Below, piece by piece: positions 11,220-22,532 of a stretch of DNA of 64,000 nt. The translations under genes were made by a program, and so were the position numbers. The notes below the pieces were generated by a model. It was given only the letters and a program-made list of their open reading frames with translations, did not search any database and had not been told where the DNA came from. How positions within the stretch are numbered: position 1 is the stretch's first letter; each line of letters starts with the position of its first letter. The stretch is from the NCBI RefSeq assembly GCF_041146345.1, contig NW_027191414.1:868001-932000 (forward strand), in the 5' to 3' direction. This stretch comes from Neodothiora populina (lineage: Eukaryota).

Positions 11220-12569
11220 ATGAAGCAGTCTGCCGTGCAGGCGTTCAAGAGCATCACCTCTCGCATTCATCCCCAAGTAGCGCTGAGCGAGAAGGAGTCC
11301 AAACGCCTCATCAATGCCCTTACTGCATCATTCAATCATCATCTCGATCAACAATTTCCTCCCAAGGCTCATCAGGATGTCTCCGGCAAAGTCGTGTCTA
11401 CCGCCTCCGCCACTGCTCCTCGCCGTCACTCGGATCCATCAAACTCCGCAAACCTAACAGCAACCTCGTCCTCCCCCGCCGACGTGCACTTGGCATCTAT
11501 ACTCACTAGTCCACTGTTCGGTAGACCGACAGTCACATCGACTCTCTCGGATGAGATATCGAATCAACTAAAAACTGGATCAAAGCACCCGATTAAGATC
11601 TTCGAGGACAGTGTCGCTCAAGGTCACGCTACCATACACATCGCAAGACTTTGCTTGAATGCCTTCCGCTCTTCCCTCCAAGAGCTGAACACTGCCGACA
11701 AGGAATCACAACTGCACAAATACGCCGCTGGAATGAGGACTCTGAGGTGGCTGTGGAGCAGTGGTAGGATCAATGCACTCTCATTCACCGAGGACAGGGG
11801 ATTTGTAGACTTGATGGTCTATTTCCTTGCCCGTGAGGGCAATGAGACTGCCGTATGGGATCTTATGTCATCTACAGAACATGGCTCAACGGCAAACAGT
11901 TCAACACCAATCAAAGACATTCGCAGGCGGAGGGGCTATGTCTTGTCTTCACTCGTCAAGACTCATTTGGCGGACCGAGCGTACGGTGATGCCATCAGTA
12001 CTTTCTTGCGAGCCTTTGATATGAGCCAAACTACGACCTCTACCAACAACATACCATTGTCACCCGCTGGTGCGTTGCTTAGCGCGCGTCTGGTACACAC
12101 TCACACATCCAAGTCAAGCAGTGTTTCAGCAATACCATCACCTACAGCGGCCCCGGCTCACCTGTACGATCGCTTCCTTGAGTCCTGTCCCTTATGGGAT
12201 AAGGGACCGTCAGACCGAGCCTTGTACAGAGTTGCTGCGTTGAAGCTGCACCATCCGGTGTCTCCCTCTGCCAGAGACGCGTTGTTCTTCATCCGTCATC
12301 TCAAAGAGTCAGCCGCTCATCCATTCCTATCACCCTCTACCGACGCTCAGAAAGCCGATGTTTTCAATTTCTTCTTCGACACTGTGCGAATACTCCAGAA
12401 ACAGGGCTTCCAAGAGGACTCGGCGTGGGTCATGGAGTTTATGCAGGATTCGTTCCCAGTCCTGTTCCTGGAAAGCAAACAAACCGCACAGTTAAGTGTT
12501 ACCCAGACGTCCTCGGAGCCCTCGCTATCTGTACTTCCTGCTTGGAGCAAGGTGCCCAGTTTCGGCTGA
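11220..12569 (+). CDS. Hypothetical protein, possibly mitochondrial, intronless
   Basis: 449-codon ORF from ATG 11220 with a basic, amphipathic N-terminus. Function not recognised. Confidence 0.75.
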   Translation: MKQSAVQAFKSITSRIHPQVALSEKESKRLINALTASFNHHLDQQFPPKAHQDVSGKVVSTASATAPRRHSDPSNSANLTATSSSPADVHLASILTSPLFGRPTVTSTLSDEISNQLKTGSKHPIKIFEDSVAQGHATIHIARLCLNAFRSSLQELNTADKESQLHKYAAGMRTLRWLWSSGRINALSFTEDRGFVDLMVYFLAREGNETAVWDLMSSTEHGSTANSSTPIKDIRRRRGYVLSSLVKTHLADRAYGDAISTFLRAFDMSQTTTSTNNIPLSPAGALLSARLVHTHTSKSSSVSAIPSPTAAPAHLYDRFLESCPLWDKGPSDRALYRVAALKLHHPVSPSARDALFFIRHLKESAAHPFLSPSTDAQKADVFNFFFDTVRILQKQGFQEDSAWVMEFMQDSFPVLFLESKQTAQLSVTQTSSEPSLSVLPAWSKVPSFG

Positions 12570-13686
12570 GCGTGAGACGTGACAATGTAACACTTCTCAA
12601 GATCTTGCTCAGCAAACCGCTCAAGTACGTGCATCTCTGCATGTTCATCTCTGCATGTCGAGTCACATAAACCCGCATGACACTGCTGGAGGCGGTCAGT
12701 CGTCGCCTAAGCTAAACAACAACAATGATGACCATTTGGGATCAACACTGGTCTGCAGTCGGGGGAATTTCGCGATGTAGCTGCTCTTCCCAACCCGATT
12801 TCAACCGAGGGTGCGCGCAGGAGTCGCGAATCGTGACCCACCACGCTCATCCTTAGCCCACTTTTCAGCCCCTAAGTCCAGCACTGAACCAGCCTCCAGC
12901 ATGGTACACAGAAGCGCGGTCTTCATTGGGCGTCCCGCACGAGTAATAGAGAGTCCTTGGCGATCATGCTTCCAAGCCCTTTTTGCAGGGAGGAGCCAAG
13001 ACATGGAGACACAGCAAATTAAAATAGAGAGGCCACAGAGCAACACGCACAGATTGCCCTCACAGAACGGTATTGATCCGAGTGGGACCCATCCGAGTGC
13101 CTTGTCCACTCCAAATTAGATTGGGGCAGATCTCCCACCTCACTTTCCAACGCTATCACACTACGTCATAGGACATGACTCTTTTCTCGTTGCATCATGC
13201 AGCCCAACAACTGCTGCACTGCACCGCAAATCCTTCACGTTAGGTAATCTACAATGACAGCTATCGAAATTGCACCCTCCCGCTTGCGCTACTGTACAGC
13301 ATTCCGAAGAACGTGCATGTGTTAACAGTGTATGGGCTCCTGACGGAGATTCGATCCACTTGCCAGAGTAGAAATCACAAAGGACCAGACACGAACGTGA
13401 CAGATCAAGAGTTTGTGCGGAAAAATTGCATTCATTCGTGAGGAAATTCTAGTCGATTAGACTATGTTATCTGGTATTTTTGTATGTCCATCAATTGCCA
13501 AAACTCTATGGGGTGGAAAAGCGCCAGAGAACCCGCAGGCCTGAAGATATCTATGTGAATAAGGAAAAACGTTAAAAATGAAAAAACTGCAAGATCTTCC
13601 AATAGAGCAGATCCACTTCCAGGCGGTAATGCTCGAAATGTATAGACAGGAAAAAACGCCGCGTCGCTATGCTAGACTTCTTTTGT

Positions 13687-15141
13687 TTACTCGATAGCAG
13701 AGGCAGACTTGTCACCGCCGAGGACGGGGTTGACGCGCTCGTCGCTCCACTCGAAGTTGAAGTCCTCGCCAAGCTCCTTGCGGATGGCGGTCTTGACGGC
13801 CTCGAGGACGTTCTTGAAGACACCGAAGGAGGCGGGGTTGTTCTCATCGTTGTCACCACCCTGGAACACACCGGTGCGGACCAGACAAGTGTTCCAGCCG
13901 TACATGTTACCACCGATGATGTCGGAGGCGGGGTTGTCACCGATCATGTAGCAGTGCGAAGGAAGGACCTCCTCACCGTGGATCTGCTCCATCCATGAGG
14001 TAAGAACCTCGTCGGCGTACTTGTAGGTGGCCATCTCGGGCTTGCCGTAGACGACACGCTCGAGGTCCTCCCCGGTCAGAGCCTTGTACATGGCCTCGAG
14101 ACCGATACGGAAGGTACCCTGGGACATACGGGGGTAAGGGTGCTCGGTGGGGCAGAGCATGTCACCTTGGGAGAAGTAGATGGGGATGCGCTGGCTGACG
14201 GGGTCCTTGGCCATGGTGTGGAGAAGACCATTCTCGGATCGGAGAAGATCCATGATGATCTGCATATCGGTGGCGTAGTCGCGAGAGTCGGAAAAGACCA
14301 TGATGGCCTCGATTCTGGTCTTGGAGAAGTCGCGAGGGTTGGAGGTGGCACGCTCCTCGTCGGTAAAGACTCTGTAAGGGGCAATGGTGGGGTCCCAGGC
14401 GACAATGTCGTTGGGGACGACGATATCCTTGAAGCCGTACTCTTTGGCGACCTCGCGGCACTTGTAGCCCTCGCCACCAACAACGAGAACAGTGTTGTAG
14501 TAATCGGCCAAAGCTCTCATGGGAGTGTGAGACTGAATGAACTGGTCGACGCTGATGGGAACGTGGAGGATGTTGGAAAGCTGGTCGCAACGAGCAGTCT
14601 CGGGCTTACCAGAGCCGTTGGTGACGAAAATGTGTGGGATCTTGATACCGAGCTCGTTGTCACCGTTGAGGATCTCAAGTGCACGTTGACCCTCGGGGAT
14701 CAGACGGTCACCGTGGACGAGAACACCGTCAATGTCGAAAATGAAAGCCATATCCTTGGCAGCCTTGACCTTCTCACCGGCAAGATCCTGCACCTGGGAA
14801 GCAAGGATCTCTCTGGTGGGCTGAATCGGAGGCATGCCAGGGCGGCCAGACTTCTGATCAGGGTAGTGCACTGAGGACAGACGCGATTGACGCTTTGATC
14901 GGGGAATAGGGAGAGAAGCTCCGAAGGAGTTACGGGAACCACGGCGGTCTCTCATTGAGGGTGATAGAGAGAGCTGGTGCATGTATGGAGAGGGGTCAGC
15001 CATGCTGGTTCTGGTAGCAGGAACCTCAATCGAGTTTTCGGTTCCATTCTCCTCAACGCCTCCAGGAATGGCGAGGGTGGCAGGAGTGCCAGCAGCGGGT
15101 GCGGCATTGACGCCGAAGTCAGAGTCCTCGTAGGCAGGCAT
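13687..15141 (-). CDS. HAD-superfamily IIA hydrolase (CECR5/HDHD5-like)
   Basis: FDIDGVL, VTNGSG, YGKP and MIGDNPASDIIGG motifs, with strong codon bias. Confidence 0.92.
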   Translation of the reverse strand: MPAYEDSDFGVNAAPAAGTPATLAIPGGVEENGTENSIEVPATRTSMADPSPYMHQLSLSPSMRDRRGSRNSFGASLPIPRSKRQSRLSSVHYPDQKSGRPGMPPIQPTREILASQVQDLAGEKVKAAKDMAFIFDIDGVLVHGDRLIPEGQRALEILNGDNELGIKIPHIFVTNGSGKPETARCDQLSNILHVPISVDQFIQSHTPMRALADYYNTVLVVGGEGYKCREVAKEYGFKDIVVPNDIVAWDPTIAPYRVFTDEERATSNPRDFSKTRIEAIMVFSDSRDYATDMQIIMDLLRSENGLLHTMAKDPVSQRIPIYFSQGDMLCPTEHPYPRMSQGTFRIGLEAMYKALTGEDLERVVYGKPEMATYKYADEVLTSWMEQIHGEEVLPSHCYMIGDNPASDIIGGNMYGWNTCLVRTGVFQGGDNDENNPASFGVFKNVLEAVKTAIRKELGEDFNFEWSDERVNPVLGGDKSASAIE

Positions 15142-17086
15142 GATGTTCAGATAGAATGAGGGTAGTTATTTTTGAGGGGAGAGAACCAGAATTTCTATAG
15201 TAGAGAAAAGAAGACAGGTCAGATGGAAGGAGAAGTCAGCAGCCAGAGGATGATATCTCCCTACCACTGGCGGGGAAGGGTCTATATTTATTCGGTGAAA
15301 CCAATGCTGCAAGGAGGTCATAGCCCTTCAACGTGGGATTAGCTCTTCCAACAAGGTTACCCACATGTGCATCATATCCGGTGTCTCACGATAAGTCGAA
15401 GCGGCCATTGGGAGCCATGACATCGTCACCCGCCATCCCAGGGGACCCCATAACGTTGGCTCCCGACAGACCTAGTCAAGATAAGCCAGTAGAGGCGAGA
15501 TGATACCGAATATAGTGGAGCCCTCACGAACATGGAGACACGTTGAATTCGAAAAAATTCGCGAACAACAGCGTGTTTGCAATGAAGTTTGCAGAATGCG
15601 CCATTTAGACTTCGTCTAGTGCTGAGCTCGGCGCCACCCCTCTTCTTATTTCGAGCCAACAGACGTCATCGCGATGGGTTTTAGTCGTTGTTGTAAGATG
15701 CAACGATGGAGTTTTTCTTCCACTTGACACAACCCGCCGCTCTCAACACACCGATGTTTGACCGCCAGTTAGGAATGACGTTGATACGTCAACAAGACTC
15801 GCTTCCGAGACGTGGCAGCAGTATGTCATGCTACGGTAAGGTATAACATGAAAGGAGTTTCACCGAGTGCTGAAAATGTACATATCAACTCAAGCAAAAA
15901 TGCAAAAGCATAACAGTTGGCGAACTTTTCTATTTTTTCTCCTTCTAGCTGCAACGGTGTGCGCCTCTCTGCCACACTTCAAACCCCTCCCGTGAAAGTT
16001 GTTTTTTACACTAATAATGGCTTGCTACTGGAAGCCCTTGTAGCCTCAGCTGTTGAAGTGAGGGTTTTCTGTAGGTGAGCATTCGTACAACACTTGGAAC
16101 TCTGTTGGATTTTCTTCTTGCAGGGTCTTCAGCATTGCTACCTTGTCTCCCATTGCTTGACCTCTCTTCTTCTCCTTGCATCGACAGCAGCTGCGAAGGC
16201 ATCGAGCGCGACAATACCGATTTCCATGGCAGTGAACCAGGTCGCCAAAGACTGTCACTCCCGCTTCCCGCTTCGTGAACGGAATCCTTAAAACCACCGT
16301 CGCTCATAGTGTCTGCCCTAAGGAGTTCGTCTAAGATTGCATTCAGGTCGGGCTTCCTCCAAAGCTGGTATGCTCGTCTTACAAGACGCTCGGGAGTGGA
16401 TCTACGATTCACGGGTAATCCTTGAGAAGCATCGGCAGTCGCAGAAGACATCGATACAATGGAGGAAAAAGAAATCAGATACCACGAAAAGTACAAAATG
16501 AAAAAGAATAATGTTTTAACTCTACATCCAATCACTTCAAGTCCCGGCTACCCATTTTGCGTGCAGCCTGATGCTACTAACTACAGTGAAAAGCGCATCA
16601 ATACCAGCAGCACCTGTCTCGGGTATGACGTGAACGATCCGGATTGCGGAGGTACCGGCCAAGCCGCCATGATGATCCATGCAGGGTTACGCCCAAAGAG
16701 TACACCTGGGATCGCTTCCTGCACGATTTGGAGAACATGTGTGCCAATCACCACGTAGGCGAGCCAGAGATGCCGACTCTTTCTTGCCTGTCACTTTTGG
16801 AACCGAGATGCATCTACCAGCTGATGCACGAGGAAAAGCCACACTACCAAATGGGTCGGCACCCGCCACCCCACGTCTGCCGTTGGCAATTGGGTGCCGT
16901 ACAGCTGTCGAAACATAGATATTCACGGATTGCTTGACGGTCATCTCTCCCGGTATCAGACATGTCAGAGATTGCGCGACATGAATGCGACAAATGGCTG
17001 GCAGGCAGAGCGCAACAGGCGCAGTAGTCTTCCGAACAGGTAAGGACAACGCTACAAGTCCATCAACACGGGCCACCTCTTACGCC

Positions 17087-19016
17087 ATGAAGTCGTCTTT
17101 CGAAACGGCATTTACCTACATGGCGTGACTTGCACGTCCTTCTACAAGTTTCACATACTGACGTTAAATCGACGTTGTATAGGAAGGCCTCGAAGCATGT
17201 TCTTTTCTCGGCAGTCGTCAAAACGGACGATGATAATACCGGCTATTCGTTGAAGGATGAGGCATCTGTGAACAGTGGTAATTCGAGGCCACAGACATCC
17301 CCACAAACCAATGGCAGTGATGCTCATCCTGCGGCATGGGTGTTTGACACTGTACCTACCTTAGTGCCAACTCCTTGGGAGCTACAGAGGACCTCTAGCA
17401 AGCGATGGTCATGGCCTGTGAGGGGTTCCGCTGAGACAGCGAGTCGTCGCAACCAAAAGCCGTCGCTTTTCGATCAATTGCCCATTACTGTCAGGGGTTT
17501 GATCTTGTATCATGTAGGGAACGTGTACGCTAAGTCTACAGGTGGATGCGCAGACTGTCTCATGCAGGATTTACACACCGTGTCTCTAGTGAGCAAGAAG
17601 TGGCACGACGCATCAACCCGATACATGTACCATACGCTTTGGCTCTCAGTGAATCAACAGCAGCGCTTTCAAGGAAGACGACGAAACAAGCTAAGGCTTC
17701 TATTGAGGACACTTCAGAGTAGGCCAGATCTGGCTCGCTCGGTCAGACGTATCCAAGCACCTCATCTACAGTACCTGAAGCAAGCAGACCGATGGCAGCA
17801 GGATCTAGTGATGGACTTGGCCGAGATTATTCTAGTCTGTCCGAATCTAGAATATTTCGATGGCATGTATCCCGATTTTCATAGCGGTCAACGACCTGGT
17901 GATGTTATAGCTGCCTTGGCCACAAGAGAGCATCTGCGACAGCATATGTGGTTCCTTGACGGGGGCGCTGTCGGCCAGAATGCACTTCTTACCTTTTTCA
18001 AGTGCCATGAGAAATGGACCAACCTCGAAACGCTGGTCATCCAGGAGAAGAGTCCAACTTTGGGTCCAGGAAGTATATATGGCATTCTCCAACGGCTGCC
18101 ATCTTTACATCATCTAGCACTAATCGGACTATCTACGTCAAGCTTCCACGACGGCACACTGCAGGCACTGACGTCGTTGCGATCACTAAGATTGGAAATG
18201 CTAGAAGGCCTGACTGATTCCGGACTGCAACAAGCACTCCCCAGGCTAGCAACATCATTGCAGAGCCTCAGCCTCGTAGATCTCGACATCAAATCCTTGC
18301 GCACAATCTCCTGCATCCTCTCCCACTTCTCCAGACTCACTCATCTGAGCCTTGCCCAAGACAACCCACCAGGCCTACCATTAGGAGCAGACGTCAATTT
18401 CGCCACGGACACTCCCCTCCTCGCTTCCTCAACACTGACATACCTACACTGGGACATCTTAATCCCGGGCTCAGCAAACCAAGCGCTAGAAAGCTCTATA
18501 CGCGCCGGGGGTTTCCCATGGCTACGCACTCTGCGCGCGCCCTGCGACGCAGACGGAGCCCTGCAAACCCTCTGTCGACCGCTAGCCAAATCCCGACCAC
18601 GAGACGCAGACATCAGAGCTTACGAACACATCGAGTCGCGAGGCCACTACACGCGCGACCTGACGCACGCAAAGACAGCCGCACAGCTACGCATGCGCGG
18701 GTCCAAAGCCAAAGCCACACCGGGCGTCAAAATCGTAATACAAAACGACGATGACCATGACCATGACGACAACAACGACAACGACAGTGGCGAGACCCAC
18801 AAAGTGCATTTCACTACACATGTCGTAGGCCAGTACCTGGGCGACGTAAGGAGTCCGCTAGAGTACTCCCTGAGCCCAGACTTTCGAGGCATACGGCAGA
18901 CGCTTGGGAGGCTGGGCCATGTTGTCGAGGGCGAAGTGTATGAGTGCACGAGTGGTAGGAAGGGACGCAGACATGTCGGTGCGCGGCAGAGAGATGTCAT
19001 GGGGCTCTTCTCGTGA
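17087..19016 (+). CDS. F-box-like / leucine-rich repeat protein; exons 17087-17124, 17183-19016
   Basis: F-box-like segment (LFDQLPITVRGLIL...SLVSKKW) followed by LxxLxL repeats. A 58-nt intron (gtgact..ctgac..tag) joins the upstream ATG in frame. Confidence 0.75.
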
Positions 19017-19484
19017 TGTTGTTCATGCAGGCAGAGTTTCTTCCATACCTCCTTTTGCGCGTTGTGTAGGGTGTGGGTCGGGGTATTGAGGCAAGTCATG
19101 CGATATGTGCACGATTTTATGTTTATGGGATTTCATGCTTGATGGGATTTTTTTTTGGTTATGTTTTATCCTTTGTCTCTAGGTCGAACCTTTGAAAGTT
19201 CATGAAAGCAGGCTGGTCCTGTTTACTCGTCACTTTCGACCTAATTTTTATGCATACCCTACCAGATCCTACGAAATCACTGCAGATCAAGACCAATAGA
19301 GGTGCATACGATTCTTGTATTTTCTCTTCTTTGTGAATTTCGTTATTCTACAGTTACAGAACCGACGACGACGAGCATGATAATAACACTGTTGGTATTG
19401 CTGTTGCTATATGTACATATCAAAAGAAGAATGAAACCACGCGCGCGCGAGACAGGAAGACAGAGCCACATCATGGTCGGGCCC

Positions 19485-21473
19485 TCAAGTCATGACATAT
19501 TTGGGGCCTTCTCCTCCCTGGGGCGTGGTCCACGTGATGTCTTGATCCGGAACCTTGATGTCGCAGGTCTTGCAGTGGACGCAGCTATTTTGACTGTTAG
19601 TATTGCGAGTTTGGTGCATTTCAATGCATGTGTATTCTGGAAGAGAGGGAGGGGGAAGAAAGAGAAAGGATACACACTTTTGCGAGTTGATCTGGAACCG
19701 CACGCCGATGTCCTTGGTCTCATCCTCGACATACTCGTAGACGCCGGCGGGACAGAACCTGTTCTCCACGCCCTTGTACTTGGGCCACTCCATGGCGGCG
19801 TGCTTGTCCCAGTCCTCGACGACGAGATGGCACGGCTGGTCCTCCTCGTGGTTGGTGCCTGTGCGGCTGACGCTGGTCAAAATGTCGAAGCTGATCTTGC
19901 CGTCGGGCTTGGGGTATTCGATTTTCTTGCACTCTGAGGCTAGCTTGGTGGCGCCATGGTCGGTGCCGCTGTGCTTGATTGTCCATGGCACTTTGCCCTT
20001 GAAGACGTATGCCTCGAGGCCCGAGTACATGATGCCGCCCCAAAGGCCGAGAGGGTTGTGGAAGGACGGGCGCATGTTGCGCACTTCTTTCAGCTCTGTC
20101 CAGATGCTGGATTCGCGAAGCTTGTCCTCGTAGTCGTAGAGGAAGACGGAGCTGTCGTCGTCCTTGGCTCCGTCGAGGGCGGTGTAGGCGGCCTCGGCGG
20201 CCAGCATGCCTGATCGCATTGCTGTGTGGGTTCCCTTGATCTTGGGCACGTTCAGGAAGCCAGCGGTGTCGCCGATGAGGGCACCACCGGGGAATGCGCA
20301 TTTAGGGATCGACTGGAAGCCACCCTCGTTCAGGGTACGAGCACCATAGGAGATGCACTTTCCACCCTCCAAGTATTCCTTGTACATGGGATGCTGCTTC
20401 ATCTTCTGGAACTCCCCATATGGGGCCAGCCAGGGGTTCGGATAGTCCAAACCAACAACGAGACCGATACTGACCATGTTGTCGCCGAAATGATACATCC
20501 AGCCGCCTCCGTATGTGTCGGTGGGCAGCGGATAGCCCATGGAGTGCACAACCAGCCCTTTCTGGAACTTGGCTGGGTCGATTTCCCAGACCTCCTTGAT
20601 CCCGAGACCGTACGTCTGAGGCTGGCTGTCCCTTCGCAGGTCGAATTTCTTGATGACTTGCTTAGTCAAGCTTCCGTGACAACCCTCGGCGAGCAGTGTG
20701 ACGCGAGCATGGAACTCCATACCCCTCTCGAAGGAGTCCTTGGGCTTCCCACTTCGAGAGATACCGAGGTCGTTGGTGGCGACTCCCTTGACTGAGCCAT
20801 CGGCATTGTAGAGGACTTCTGAGGCAGCAAAGCCAGGATAGATCTCAACACCAATCTCCTCTGCTCTTTCACCAAGCCACTTGGTGAATTGATTCAGCGA
20901 TATGATGTAGTTGCCGTGGTTGTTCATCTGTGGAGGGGTGGGGATCGGGAGAGAGTATTTGGAGGTCAGGAAACGCATTTTGTCCTTGGTGGCAGGAGTG
21001 ATGTGCTCGAAGCGGTTCGGGTTGCTCTCATCGTTCCAATCAGGCAGTAGCTCGCGCAGAGCCGAGGGTTCAATAACATTTCCAGAAACGATGTGGTCGC
21101 CCAATTCGCCGGCTTTCTCTAGCAAAAGCACGCGGAAATCCTCGTTGCCCGCTTCGTTGGCGAGTTGCTTGAGGCGAATCGCAGCACTCAGTCCAGCTGG
21201 GCCGCCACCGACGATGCACACGTCGACCTGGTCGCTCTCGCGCTCGATGTCGGCAGGATTGAAAGTGTCATCGGCAGTGGCGAGTCTCCGTCTGGCTGAT
21301 GCGGTAAATGGTCTCCGTTGTCCAGCGCGGAATGCAGCAGGACGATAAGTGTGAATGGACCTGTTGCGCAGACATGTGAAGGCGGAAATGGGACGCGGAA
21401 GCTGTTTTGTCACGCGAACATCCTGGACGATGGCTCGCCGTAAGGCGGCATTGTAGAGCTGCTTGGTCGACAT
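19485..21473 (-). CDS. ETFDH: Electron-transfer flavoprotein-ubiquinone oxidoreductase; intron 19677-19585
   Basis: FAD motif VCIVGGGPAGL, GFLNVPKIKGTH, and Fe-S motif CPAGVYE...NCVHCKTCDIK after removing the intron. Mitochondrial presequence. Confidence 0.97.
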   Translation of the reverse strand: MSTKQLYNAALRRAIVQDVRVTKQLPRPISAFTCLRNRSIHTYRPAAFRAGQRRPFTASARRRLATADDTFNPADIERESDQVDVCIVGGGPAGLSAAIRLKQLANEAGNEDFRVLLLEKAGELGDHIVSGNVIEPSALRELLPDWNDESNPNRFEHITPATKDKMRFLTSKYSLPIPTPPQMNNHGNYIISLNQFTKWLGERAEEIGVEIYPGFAASEVLYNADGSVKGVATNDLGISRSGKPKDSFERGMEFHARVTLLAEGCHGSLTKQVIKKFDLRRDSQPQTYGLGIKEVWEIDPAKFQKGLVVHSMGYPLPTDTYGGGWMYHFGDNMVSIGLVVGLDYPNPWLAPYGEFQKMKQHPMYKEYLEGGKCISYGARTLNEGGFQSIPKCAFPGGALIGDTAGFLNVPKIKGTHTAMRSGMLAAEAAYTALDGAKDDDSSVFLYDYEDKLRESSIWTELKEVRNMRPSFHNPLGLWGGIMYSGLEAYVFKGKVPWTIKHSGTDHGATKLASECKKIEYPKPDGKISFDILTSVSRTGTNHEEDQPCHLVVEDWDKHAAMEWPKYKGVENRFCPAGVYEYVEDETKDIGVRFQINSQKCVSFLFLPPPSLPEYTCIEMHQTRNTNSQNSCVHCKTCDIKVPDQDITWTTPQGGEGPKYVMT

Positions 21474-21528
21474 GTCTTGTCAGCTATCGGTATAGCAGAT
21501 GTTTAATGGGCGGCTGGTGGCGCACAGC

Positions 21529-21569
21529 AACAGCACAGCACAGCACAGCACAGCACAGCACAGCACAGC
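21529..21569. repeat. (CAGCA)n microsatellite in the ETF-QO 5' region
   Basis: Tandem pentamer visible in sequence. Confidence 0.9.
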
Positions 21570-22026
21570 GCTTGATCTACACTTGGGGAGGTGTGTATAA
21601 GGTATATAAATGACGGATCGGGTATGAGAAAAAAGTATGTTTTCAACAAAAGTCCATGACGTCCCGGAGATGTGTATATGTATCACATATATACACCCAA
21701 GAGACTCGATGCTTGAGAGTTCAATCGACGAGTTCAGCGTTCAGCGTCCCTGCTGAGCAGCACTCATCAAAGGTGATCAATGAGTCAGTAAAGGCGGAAC
21801 TGGTCTCGATAAATCGATAGACAGCTTGTGCTTTCAAAAATGTCGCCGAGGCACTCGGCTGACAACACCTGTATACTCATGATTTCATTGGTCATAGAGT
21901 CGGATCCTCGGAGCCCCCACCCTTGGAGTTGGACATTGGAAGATGCCAAGACTAGACAGTGACTTTGTTACTGTTGCTGTATAACCAGACTCACAGTGCG
22001 TTCGCAGTGCACATGCAAAGTCTACA

Positions 22027-22065
22027 ATGCAGACAGAGCATGCAGACAGAGCATGCAGACAGAGC
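22027..22065. repeat. 13-bp tandem repeat x3 (ATGCAGACAGAGC) between the divergent ETF-QO and SR genes
   Basis: Three exact copies at 22027, 22040 and 22053. Confidence 0.9.
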
Positions 22066-22532
22066 GACAGTGTACAGTATATTACAGCACTACTTTTACT
22101 ATTGAAATCACACCCTTTACCCCGCTACGAGTCGAGTCGAGCTTTCACTTCAGCTAGGCAGCTTTCCCTACGGCATATTCCATTGCGACGTACAGACCTG
22201 TAGGTACAGCAACTGTGATTACCTAGGTAGACTTAAGGTATCTTGCCCTGCCGGTCGCTGCATCCGGCTGGCCGCTTTCCCAATCGTCGTTCCAAAAGCG
22301 CATCGTCTCCGCAATCCATCACACACATCTTGTTCTCTACCCTTACTTGTACCTTGCTTCATCGCAATTTCATCATCAACCACATCTGCAGTCAAGAGAT
22401 TTCATCCAGAAATTCTCTTCTTGTACATCTCCGGAGCGGCATTTTCCTTTTTTGTCGCCATCTCTACGGAATCGAGTCTTGCCCAGTCTCTATCCTCCTT
22501 CCCTCCGGTCCTGCGCGTCTTTGGCCACAAAC

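Noticed and set aside
12724..12887. Box C (ATGATGA) with a distant CTGA as a C/D snoRNA
   Set aside because: No terminal stem or recognisable rRNA guide, and both motifs are short.
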